Positions 12,101 through 24,293 of a stretch of DNA of 50,318 nt are shown piece by piece. Each line of letters opens with the position of its first letter. The stretch's first letter is position 1. The DNA is from Geosiphon pyriformis uo1. Lineage: Eukaryota > Fungi > Glomeromycota. The stretch is taken from NCBI GenBank assembly GCA_016748015.1, contig JAAOMT010000281.1:1-50318 (forward strand), read 5' to 3'. The translations under genes were made by a program, and so were the position numbers. Below the pieces are notes generated by a model. The model was not told the DNA's origin. It saw only the letters and a list, made by a program, of their open reading frames with translations, and ran no database searches.

Positions 12101-13112
12101 TTAATAAAAAACCAAATAGCCAAATCTATAATTTTGATTTTCAACTGTGATATTATAATTAACAAAAAACTAAAATTTTTTTACAATTAATTTCTCTTTA
12201 ATTAAAATTAATATTCTCAAAATCAATTAGCCATTAGCTCTGTTGAATTAATATACTATCTTTATTTTTTAAACGCAAAATTAATTTTTTTTTAGAAATT
12301 AAATTATTTTGTTTGTAATATTAATAATGCTTGATTTAGAAATTATCTAACATCAAAATTTTGAAATTTTATTTTTATTACATTGGAGTTGTTTTAAATA
12401 GTCTTATTACAAAACTTTCAAAAAAAAGTTTGTAAACCTTGAAAATCTTCAGAAATAGGAAACTCTGCAAAAAATTTGCTAACAACAAAACAAATTGAAG
12501 CATCAGGTGATTTTGACATTCAAGTCATAAATTTTTAGATGTTTAGCAACAACATTATAGCAAATTCGGTAATACAACTAGCATTGCCAAGAACTGAGTG
12601 GTAATGTGTCACTCGTACGATTGGTAATTTACTGGAAAGTACCATCAAGTATTCTGCTGACCAAATCTCAAGCGTAGAGGAAAAGATATTTCCGTTTTTT
12701 TAATATTTCAAGGAGAGTGAGAATTGCGTAAACTAAATTTTGAATAAAATTTTAAGCAAATTTGGATAAATTCTTTAGTCATTTCATATCATTCACCTCC
12801 AAAAATTGAATATCCGGTCCCGATAATAGGAAATCTTATCTGAAATTGGACTATTTGTAGTTCCATAATTCTGAATGAATCTATTAAAAAAGCCTAACAA
12901 AAAACATATAATATCTAATTACAAGATATTAATTAAAAACCTTTATATTGAAATGATAGGAAAAATAATTTTCCAATCAAAATACCATATATTCATTGAG
13001 AAATTAGCCTGTCATCAGGAATAAAATACGATGCCATAGCGTGCCAGGCATATCTTTAGTATGTAGCCAAAAAAATTTTAAACCATCAATGAACCATACG
13101 TATTGATAGGTA

Positions 13113-13189
13113 TAGCAGGCACCAAAAGTAACGCCCGATTTACGTGGGTAACAATATAAAAAATCGGGCGCTACTTTTGGTGCCTACTG
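13113..13189. mobile_element. 77 bp Tc1/mariner-type MITE
   Basis: 29 bp terminal inverted repeats (13113-13141 and 13161-13189, 3 mismatches; right arm reads CAGTAGGCACCAAAAGTAGCGCCCGATTT on the minus strand), a 19 bp spacer, and TA on both flanks. Confidence 0.8.
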
Positions 13190-13476
13190 TACATATATTA
13201 CAGAGCAACCTATTTGGTTGGGTTGGTTGAAAAATTCACTTCAAATCGAAAAATCTCAAACTCAATCTTTAGAATGGATTCAAGAAATATTTGCAATGAA
13301 TTTTGATATAATTTTCAAAAGAAATCTGGATTTTCGATCGAGTATTAATAATTTAAAAAAGTAATAGAACACGATAAATAATTACATGTGGTTTGGCAAC
13401 TTAATCTCGGACCCTTAAAGCATCCTAATTATGTGTGAATTTTTGGCTAGAAAAAAAACAAAGAATATAATTTTCG

Positions 13477-14985
13477 TTATGTAGGATAGAAATGTTGACA
13501 ATCTCCAAAAGTCGTGCCAAACCATGGACCGAAATGTGCAGCATTGCTTAATCTATTTTGTCCTGGATCTTTTCCTAGATTACAATCCTAAAAGTTAAAT
13601 TATATTTAAATTTTAGAATCTTACCCATTTTGCATGTGTAAAATAATATTTATCCTGAAAAGGTTTTATTGCAAATTCTTACCATATTCTCACCAAATTT
13701 TTTCTGAGCATTGGGGAAAAAGCCAGGACATTCATAGACTTTATACAAGCCATTCTTATCTTTTTCTCCAGTAATTGAACTACAATCACAATCTTCAATA
13801 CCCGGAATCCAATATTCAGTTTCGGTATGCCAATATTGTATCCCGTCATTAGATATTTTTGGGAATTGGGAGACATAATCATTTCCGTTGGTCACTCTAT
13901 AAATTTTTACACGATTTTTTCTTTTATAAATCATTTCAGCATTTTTACTATTACCAATACGCGGTTGACCGAACGTAATCACTTCAATTGTTAGGCTCGG
14001 CCATTGAAACATTTTAAAACCACCCGCCATTTCAAAAGTAGCCACCGAAAAGGCCATGAGTACAGCATATGCTTGAATAGTTAAGGCAAAAATTATTTTA
14101 TTAGTTGAGAGATATTTAAAATTAACTCGAAATATTTGAAATTTGAATATTATAATTTTTTACCTCCTCCAGTTCCATGCCCAGTAAAAATTAATCTAGC
14201 TTTTTGGCCAGATATTTTTTCACCTAAAGCCATTATTTCCTTGAAGATAGGTATACGATTTTCATCAACAAGAAATTTACTATCTACCGGTCCTCCAGTT
14301 ATAGTTTCCTTTTTATTGAGAAAGTTTTTACGTTTTTCCCACTGAGACCTCGTCATCTCTGAGCCTATAAAGAAAATTTTCAGAATAAATAGAAAATTAA
14401 ATTGTTGAATCCGAAATTGAAACTAACTTTAAAAATACCTCAAAACACATTCCTCTAAAATACGCAATAATAGTCGCTTTTTTTTCATCCAAGAACACTT
14501 CATATGAAATTGAGTGAGAAAATATAAAAAAGCCAGTAGGGTTGGAAATTTTCTTTTCAAAATTGAAGTTTCATTCACAATAATCTATACTCACCATTTG
14601 AACCATTTCGCGGAAAACAATAAGGAATATTTGCTACTCGAGCCATTTCTGCGAAGAAATCAATTAAAGTTACATCAGTGACTAGTATTTTCGAGGGAGC
14701 TGAGTTTTTTAATTTATCAAACCCCCGAGTTGTTCGTTTTAATAGATTTGCTTTATTCCAATATAGGGTAGAATTTAAGGATGAAATACGTATTTTTATA
14801 GGTGAATTATAAGAACTATCTAATGGTAGCTTTGGTATTGAAGTAAAGTTGTAGGAATTTGAAGATTGGGAATAAGAATTTTTCAAAAAATAAACTAAAC
14901 TACGGGAGAACCATATTATTGTGATAATTAAACATGATCTAGGAAACTTTTCATTCAAAAGTTTTTTATAATTTCGAGACAACAT
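13477..14985 (-). CDS. Class-3 lipase-like protein with Ser-to-Gly nucleophile (GHGTG); 5 exons, one doubtful splice donor
   Basis: Exons approx. 14985-14594, ~14497-14455, 14364-14164, 14071-13683, 13587-13477. Motifs IAYFRG, FTGHGTGG, ITFGQPRIGN, RVTNGNDYV, YWHTETEYWI, AHFGPWFG. The expected donor after FRG reads GAATGT rather than GT. Confidence 0.75.
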
Positions 14986-16149
14986 TCTTTCAAAAAAATA
15001 ACCAGGATAAAAAATTATTTTCAAAAAGCTTTCATAAATTTATGATCTTCAGGGGAAAATTATTTTGTGGTTTCAATATAACCTGGCGAGAGATATCTAA
15101 TGCCTGAAACATATGCATCAAATATTTATTTCATTGAAACAAATAAAAATATGTCAACAATTTCGAGCCTTTATACATGTATATAATAGAGAAATATTTG
15201 AATAAGAATCCTTAACAAATTAGGGGAAATGAATTTATTAGACTTTCAAATAAGCAAATAAACGATTAGTACTATGAAATTGACCTTTGAAAGTTTGTGG
15301 CATATTGTATTGGTGAATAATAAGGTAAATTTATTTTTATGACTTCAATTATAATTGATCAAAATAGATTTTTAAACTATGCACATTATATAAAGAACTT
15401 AAAAAAAAAAAGGGTTTGTCATTGGGAAAAATGGCAAAAATTAAAATAATGATGGTAAAAGAAAGAAAACGTTTTATCTATACAATTTAAAATTAGGGAA
15501 AATTTGAATTTCATATTTTAAAACTTTACAAAATATTTATTTGTGACCTTTTTTTGTTTTCAATTATCAAAAATAGAATCTCAAAAAATATTTGAAAATA
15601 GCATTTCATAAAATCTTTTTAAAAAAATCACAATTATCGAACTTAATCCAATATTCTACCATAATTTTTTATTCTTGATCAAGAAATTTTATATCATTAA
15701 TATTTTTGCACAACATGTAAATGATTATTTTTTTTGGAAATTCTTAAAATATTGAATAGTCAAAATAATATAAGATTCATTTATTTTTAATTATCCCACC
15801 CTGAATGAAATTCTATTATCACAAATAAAGTAGTTTTCGATAAATGAATTTCTATATACAGTATATCTTTAAATAAAATTAATAAATTAATAAAATATGC
15901 CAAAAAACATAACACATTTCCCCGTTCTATTTACATTACTAATTTTTTTTTAAAAATATAATAAACTCTTAATTTATATTTTATATTGCTCCTTTCCAAT
16001 ATAATAACCTATAAAGTATTGATAAAACAGCAAAAAAAAAATTTCCGATTCAAAACCTTTCATGAATTTATATAAATCATATAATTTTATAACGAATACA
16101 TTCTCTTCCTTTCTGATTCTAATTAATAATTTACTATAAGGCAGTGTAC

Positions 16150-16620
16150 AATTAATATCATATTTTTAACACTGTTCCAATTCGAAGATATAATATATGA
16201 ATTTGTTGTTTAATTTCCACTGTACCGTTGACTTGAATAGCAAATAGGAAAGCCCCAAAAGATAATATTTCTATCATTTTGATAAGTTAGAAAATTAGGA
16301 CCAAAATCTTTTGTCATATACTAAATATCTTGATATTTGACAAACACTCCCAATGAATCCATTCATATTTAATTTACTCTACCACTAAGATTATTATTAG
16401 GTAAAATATAGATTGAATTCTTAATTATTTTATCAACTTTCTTATTGCCGCTTGTAAAGTCTTTATAACGTTTTTTAAAATATATGAATCGGCATGCACT
16501 ATACTTATTCCATCTATCTCGACACCAATAACACTCATTGAAATCATGATCATATGAACGAGTCGTTCTTTTAATTTCTTGTAAATAAAATTGAATAGGC
16601 TATTATTCGAATAGAATTTT
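16150..16620 (-). pseudogene. Possible heavily decayed GT32 (OCH1/SUR1-like) glycosyltransferase fragment
   Basis: Broken frames give VIGVEID, HIF.KNVIKTL and FGPNFLT in the order expected for GT32 motifs (VGxExD, HPxxxxxI, GPxxLT). No DxD motif was found. Confidence 0.3.
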
Positions 16621-17169
16621 TTAACAAGAGCAAGGTTTTTTTAAAAAGTAAATTTTTTAAAATGGGGAGTTAGTATTCATCTTATTTCTCTGTGTTTCTT
16701 AACAAATCAATTTATTAATCAAAATATGATTCGCTATAAATTATAGTACAAAAAGATGCCAATCAAAGTTTACCTAAAAACGAGTAGTTTAATTTCTTTA
16801 TTAGAACCAATATTAGTCAATTATTTTTTTGCCTTTTTTTAACATTTTGAAAAAAGAGCATAATCATAAATTTACTTAATAAGACTCGAAATGAAATTAA
16901 TATAGGAATCAGAGACATTTAAAAATTTAAACGGGTAATTCTATGTGTAAGAACAAATGATATAATTATTTTTTCGTTATTTTATTTTGCCTAATACTAA
17001 AGGAAAAAATTTTATTAACGATGGCTTTGAATTTCTTGTTTTATTTGCTCTCGGTTTTTCTTTAAACTAACTTTGGATGCTACAAAATCGATATTTAATT
17101 ATTCTATTAAGGTATTTATAAACCAATTAAGTTCTGCTGTTTATCCTTTTTCGAACTAATATCTTGTAT

Positions 17170-17400
17170 TGATATATATACTTTAGTACTCGGATTGAGG
17201 AATGGTGCCTAGTTTACTATGGTGTCTTTAGCAAATGTAGTACGGAATATTGCAAATCGACCAATATCAATTAGAGTCGAAATAATCCTTGCAAATTTTT
17301 TATTACCAATATGTGGTTGACCATACGTGAATACATCAAAATAATGGCGTCCCGGTAATCTAATCACAAATCCCTATTGTGGCAAAAACTGTGTATGTTA
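17170..17400 (-). pseudogene. Class-3 lipase-like fragment
   Basis: Translates to FDVFTYGQPHIGNKKFARII...IFRTTFAKD followed by a stop. The 5' part is missing next to the AT-rich block. Confidence 0.75.
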
Positions 17401-17479
17401 CACAAAAAGTAATAGTTGATTATATTCTAAGCAAATGTGTAAAATTTTTGATTAGCGAGTGGTTCAAATCTATTGAAAA

Positions 17480-19710
17480 CCTTTTGAGCGAACTAAAACT
17501 TGAAATCTAAAATATTTTAGAATATCTTTTAGAATCTTTAGAAAATTATACTCTTTATATGAACTGTAAATTATTAAAAAAATTTAAAAAAGTTTTTAAA
17601 TTAATAAACAATAAAATAATATTCCAATAAGAAATGTAGTATATAAATTTAGAATAAAATATTTATTTGAATAGTATGTATTATTTATACATAATTTTTA
17701 ATATTATATTTTAAACCATATTTTATACTTATGTGATTCAATAAGTAAATTTTATAAGTTATATTCAATTTTATAAACAGATTGTATTTGATTAACAATA
17801 TTCTTACAAAAAACAAATTGAATAAGATAAAACAACATAAATAGTAATATGTTTTAAAGATTTATAAAATAAATACAAAAACATATTATCTATATTTTCT
17901 AAATAAAATTAATTTTAATTTTTAGAATACATTATATAAACTATAATAAATAAATAATTAAAGCTTTAAAAAGAAATTGTTTTTAAGAGATATTATAAAT
18001 ATTATTAAATTAAATATATTATAAATACAATATAAGTATAAATTATTTAACTGCAGTCAAAATAAAAAATTAATAATTCTTTATAATAAAATATAACATA
18101 CAAAAATACAAGATAAAATTACTTAAAAACTATATATTTTTGGTATTTAATTTATTAATAAATGTTTTAATAAAATTAAAAACATAAATTTGATTTAATA
18201 TAAAACCTTATAAACAAAAATTTACATATAAACAAAATGATTTTTAATTTGTAAAGAAATGCTAATAAGCTTGTATTAATTTAAATTTTAAGTTTGGTAG
18301 TACAAAAGCAAAATAAAAATAAAGTTAAAACAAACACAAAAATTAGTTTCAAGAAAGTAAACTTAAATTATTAAAATATGTGTGTATAATTATTAAATTA
18401 ATTTAAAAGCCTATAAATTTTAATATAGCAATAAATACTAATGATTGTTTTTAATATGTTTTTTTGATATTATAATTATCAAATCTTAAAAACAAATATT
18501 ATTAAAGCTAAATTGTTTTAAAAGTATGTATAAAATATTACAAAACTGTTAATAATAATAATATATATAATTTATATTTTATTACTAATCATAATTATTT
18601 AAAAAATTAAACCAACTTAAATATATATTTATTTATATAATCACAATATTTTGCATTTTTAATAAAAAAAATTTAATAAGTCGCTATTTAAAATTGTATT
18701 TGTATAATTTGAAACTCATATTTACAAAAATAATGAATTTTTAAAACATATTTCATATATAAAATTAATTAAAAATAAAAATTTAAAAATAGTATTATTA
18801 CTTCAAAATTTTTCTTAATAACAAATTATATATATTGTTAATTATACTTTTATTTTTCAATCAAAATGTTTGTTTAAAGAAAAATTATTTTTGTTTTAAT
18901 TTTATCAAGTTTTTTATTTTATATTTGAAATAAAACAGCAAAAACAAATTAATTATATTTTTTAATAAAAAATAATAATTGGTATTTATTAAAATAAAAA
19001 AATTTAAATAAAAATATTTAATATTGCTTATAATAATATTGGTAAACAAAAATAAAATTATTATTATTATTGTTATTTAATTTTATTTATCCTTGGTAAT
19101 TTGTAATTATTTATAATTTTTGCATATTTGTTAAACGAAATTTAAAAATATAATTTTTTAAAAACAGTAGCAAATTCCAAATAAACAAAAATATAATTAA
19201 TTTACATCAAATTTACTATAAATTCAAAAAATTACAAAATAAATTATAATATTTAAAAAAATAAATAAACAAAAATAAACTATTTAAAATATTTTAATTA
19301 AGAAAAAATAATGAAAAAAATTTAAATAAGTATGTTTGCTAATTTTAAGTTATATAAATACAAATATTAAAAATACATAAAGCATTATAAAATAAATACT
19401 ATAATTTTTGCATTAAAAATAACAATAATTATTAATGTTATATATTTTTAAATAAAAACATAACATAATTTGTAAAATATTAAATATAATTGTATATAGC
19501 AGTTATTTTCAAATGTTTTATTTAAATTGTTATTTATTAATAGAGATTATTTATTTTATTTTGATAAAAAAATATTGCTATTGTTATTATTATTGTTAAA
19601 ATGAAATTTTTTTTAATTAAAAGTAATAAGTACAGCTTTATTCATGTAATTACATTATTTTGTAAAATATTTTAATTTATTATATTATTATAAAAATAAA
19701 TAATTTAATA
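17480..19710. other. Ultra AT-rich decayed block
   Basis: Very few G or C bases over 2.2 kb, with a sharp boundary to GC-richer sequence at ~19720. Confidence 0.55.
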
Positions 19711-20219
19711 AATAAAATTAACCAATCAAACATAAGCAAGGGATGATTTATCACCAATACACGTGACTAACCTTTTGCGATTGGTGGTGAGGATTCCGCG
19801 GTCATGGTAATATAATAAGGATGACAATACACTAACAAACCCAGGTGGTTAGCCGCATCTTGTAATTTGTATTATTGGGTGAGTTGGCTTTATGAAAGCG
19901 CCACATTTTTGTGGACATAACTAATAAACGTCCAGCGTGGCTACACGTTAACAAAAAAAAAGCTAACAAACCCAGGACGAACTTGGGAAAAAAAAGTAGG
20001 AATGAGGTGTGGGTCGATACCCCCACTTTGCCCTAATCACCTGCGCACCCCCTGCCTATAGTAGGGGGGATTTTTGGGTGCTATCCAGCACTTGAATGTC
20101 TTCCTTCCGGCAGGGAAGAAAGCGTACATCCAAATCCAAAGCTTCCTCGTGCAAAACAGTTCCTCTCTAACGAAAAATTGATCGATTAATGAGCTGACTA
20201 AAAGAAGCAGAAAATAAAA

Positions 20220-21325
20220 ATGGGGAAATCGGCGAAATCATTCCTGGATGCTTTATCTCGATCGGATGTTATTAGTATCCATATACTTGCTAAAGAGAGA
20301 GGGGCTCGTGGATAAGCTGGGTTGTGTACACTATTAGAAAAATAATCAAAAACCAATTAGGTAAATTAAATTTGTTAAATTTGTGGATTTTATATTATTT
20401 CAAACAGGATATATTTACTAATAATTCAGATAAAAAGCGGATTCAAGATTATCTTATTGATATAAGATGTGTTGAAGATGCGTAAATATTTTTTAGTTTG
20501 TTTTTCTATGATTTTATTTTTAATAAAGCCTACTTAAAAAAATTTTCAAATAGAAACGCCTGGATTAATTGTTTTAATGGGAAAATGTGAATCAGAACGA
20601 ACAATCGATATGTTTATTTTAGGTTCATGTGCTAAAACTCCTGGAACACTGTTTTTATATTAAGTCTTAATTTTATATTAAATTATGTATTTTTTTAGTG
20701 GTGAGAATCATTCGGATCCTCAAACAGGTCGTATAGGAAAGTCATGTGACTACTTATATCGGGTAGGTTAGATTGAGTTATGTAAACTGGCATTCATAAC
20801 CTAATTTTAATTGGAAATTTTATATAGAAATCATGTTATGAAATCGGGTTTGGAGAAAATACTGGTCCTAAACATAAAGACCATTATGAGAAAGCTGAAA
20901 CGGATTTTATTGATTTAATGAAGGTTGCAAAATCTCTGCACATCCAATTCAAGATGCTTCTAATTGAGAAAAGCATTGAAAATCCTTTACCTAAAAGTAT
21001 TCAAGAGTCATTGGCATTCATTATGATACATTATTGGCATGAAAATCAGATTTTATCTTCTGTTACGAGTGAACGGTGACCTCTATTGTATTTATGAATG
21101 GGCATCGGAAGATCTTCCCGCCAAGGATGCCGATGTTGAAGTGATCCTTCTCTGTAAAAGATTTTTAATTCACAGAGTAATGTATTTATAAATTTTTATT
21201 TGATCTGTTTCACAAAGTTTTAATATTTATGAAGGATTTAACTGTATCATTTAGACAATGTTGGACGAATTTCAAATGCTTTGTTAAAAAAAGCAAAGCT
21301 TTTTAGAGACGAAATGACGAAGTAG
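20220..21325 (+). pseudogene. Multi-exon pseudogene, putative PD-(D/E)xK restriction-endonuclease-fold protein of the kind found in Crinkler-like/TE-linked fungal families
   Basis: Several GT-AG introns. Motif series GENH...GKSCDYLYR-KSCYEIGFGENTG...D...L.K. In-frame stops at 20313, 20343 and 20358 plus frameshifts. The fold assignment is inference. Confidence 0.45.
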
Positions 21326-22479
21326 CATTCTCAATCAATGGTGCAACTGGAACATTTACGAACTCTTTCAAAAAAGCAAAGAGATCTGTGATGATTTTTT
21401 AGAATAGAAATTAAGCGTCTTGTTTTTTATTGTATACCAATGAAGAATTCGATTTAATTTCATCTACGGAAATTTGTTACGACTTTTACTTCCTTTAAAT
21501 GACCAAGTTTGACAATCGAAGGCACGTTCTTGTGGTCAGGTCTTGTGACGATGGCAGGTCAGGTCTTATAGCGATGGCTTGCCTTTGTGTGGTTATAATA
21601 TGCTCTGGCGTTGTCAATAAAATGGCTTTATTGCAATCTCAAAGGAACATCTATGCTAGTGATCGTTGTGATTTTGGCTTTATGAGCCAACATTTTGGGG
21701 GCATGTAAAACCTTGTGCAGATTGATGTTGTCAATAAAATGGTTGCATTGTGATTTTAAGGTCCTGGTTTTTACGTATTATAAGAATATTGGGAAAAAAT
21801 ACCCAAAAAAACAAAATTTTAAACCAATCTTTATAATTTTCTAAATTCCAGTTAATTTTAAAGTAAGATTCTGAAAAATTGCATAATAAATTTTAATCAT
21901 TAAAATAATATGTGAAAATAAATATATTTTAACAAAATAAATTTAAATTTCAGATTGTTAATTACTTTTAATTTTGTTGACATAAAAAAACTTTAAGAAT
22001 ATATAAGTTTGTACTTATTAAAAATTTAATGACAAATTTCAAATTTTATATATGTTGTTATAAAGTAAAATATTACATTAATAAATAACAATAAAAAATA
22101 AATATTATATGATAAAAAATAAATTCAACCTAAAAAATTAAAATAAATTCTATATATAATTAGATATTTAATAAAACTAAAAATTTAAAATTTAATTATA
22201 ATATTATTTTCTCTAAAAAATTAAAATAATTTTATTTAAAAAATATTTGGACTTTTTATTTTAAAATTTAATATTTTTAGTTAATATATAAATAATAATA
22301 TAATAAAAGAAGTCCTAAAATTAAGTACAGTCAAACCTGAAATAATCCATACTCTTGGTGGATACAAATTGCTATGGGTTATTACAGGTTTAAGTATATA
22401 TAGTATACATATAATAAAAATAGATATAATATTATTAAAAAATAAGTTTATTTGCATATTCTTATAAGAATCTTTAAAT

Positions 22480-24167
22480 AGCTCATGCAATATTTGTTTT
22501 TGTTCATCTTGTATTCTCTTATAAAGTATATGTTTAACATGAGCAAGCTTACTAATTGCATCATAAAATTTCTTGCTATTTTCAAGCTTCATAAACTGTT
22601 CAAAATTGGTAATAGCAGTTAGTACATCCTTAATATTCATTACTTTCTGTACTTCTTATTTTTCATCAGAGCTATTATGCTTTGTTTCACGATTTGTTAC
22701 AATATAATTTGCAATCTCATCATCATCCAGATGTTCCAAAGTAATTGTATCATTTTTCTCAGATAAATTTACCAACTCTTCAATTGATAAGTATGTACAA
22801 TTTGGCTGTATACAATTGAACTCTTTGTAGCAATCCTTAATCTTTTCTAATACTATCTCTTGATTATAATTAGCTATTATTTCAAAGTTTGTAGTTTTAT
22901 TCTGAAAGTTGTTATTTGTATTAATCAGAAGAATGCCAACTTTGTGCCAGCAATGAGCGATTGTTTCATTTGAAACATTCTCCCATGCCCTATAAATTAG
23001 ATGTATTGCTTGAAGTTGGTTGATTATATAAATATTATTGGCACCATCATCAAAAAAATCCAATACATGGCAAAAAAAATAGTGACAGTAATGTGCCTTA
23101 AAACAATTCCAGCATCCATAAGCTAAATATGTGCTGTCAAGTTAGGTGCAAACCATTTTACATGAATATTTGTAATAGATCTCATATCATAGTTGTGACC
23201 AGCAAAATTGTCTACTAACAATAATATGTTTCGGTTTTTTTTATGCAGCTAATAGTTCCAATCAACAAGCCACTGTCGAAAATATCACCAGTCATCTAAG
23301 CATGAGTGTTTGAATAATACTGGAAACCAAGTTGCTCTCCTGTTTTTTTTTGGAAACAGCGTGGACGTTTAGCATAACCAATAATAAGTAATGGCAAACA
23401 CTTAGTTCTATTAGTATTAGTTGTAAAGGCAAGTATTAGTCGCACTTTTGATTGTTTGGTGCCATAACATGGTATTGTAGCAAGACCTCGATTTGGTAAT
23501 ATGGCATAAAATAGTGTAGTTTCATCCATGTTGAAAAAATTGCGTAACCTCTAATCAGCAAGAAGTGTTATTACATGCACTCACTCATTTTCAATATGTT
23601 CAACATTGACTGATAATGCATCACCATGAAAGCAAAGTGAACACAATCCAACACAGTCTTTAAAGCTCTCAAGTCAGCTATTAGATAGTTTTTGGTGCTT
23701 ATTTTCTGGAATATCCAATTGATCATAGAACTTTATACCAGCAGCTTGAACTACATTTCTAGTAAGTGTCATTCCACACGATTCTGCCTCTTGAACAAAA
23801 TAATAAGTGCTTTATCAAAGTCAGAATTACATATTGTGCATATACATTTGCTAGTCAAGTCATGCATTGTATTTGCTTGTGCACAAAGATTTGGTTCATC
23901 TTTGACCCAAGCTGAAACTAGAGGCTGTTTCATGTATGAAAAACCATTTTCCTTAAAGTGTCTTGCAGTTTTTGATTGGTTTTTATCATTTGCATGATAC
24001 CAATCAAGCATCATAAGCTTATTATGAAGTGTAGCATTCTCACGACTTTGCAGAACACAGGCTGAAGAGATAGCATGTTTTTTGCTATTAGACATGATAG
24101 AATCAAAAGACAAAGGAAAAGTATGATTAGGATGGGACTGATCCAAAAATCTGACTTGATTACTCAC
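22480..24167 (-). pseudogene. CENP-B/pogo DDE_1 transposase pseudogene
   Basis: Motifs FHGDA, FNMDETTLFY, KxRL, IIGYAKRPRCF, A*MT, LLVDNFAGH and AWENVSNETIAHCW, with many stops and frameshifts. Confidence 0.9.
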
Positions 24168-24293
24168 ACAATTGATAATAATTTAAAACTTGGAACAATT
24201 CGAAACTCTGATTTGATTACTCACACAATTGATGATAATTTAAAACTTGGGACAATTCAAAACTCCGACTTGATTACTTACACAATTAATGAT
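24135..24293. repeat. ~2.8 copies of a 57 bp tandem repeat in the transposon 5' region
   Basis: ggaacaattcgaaactctgatttgattactcacacaattgatgataatttaaaactt-type units start at 24135, 24192 and 24249. Confidence 0.9.
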
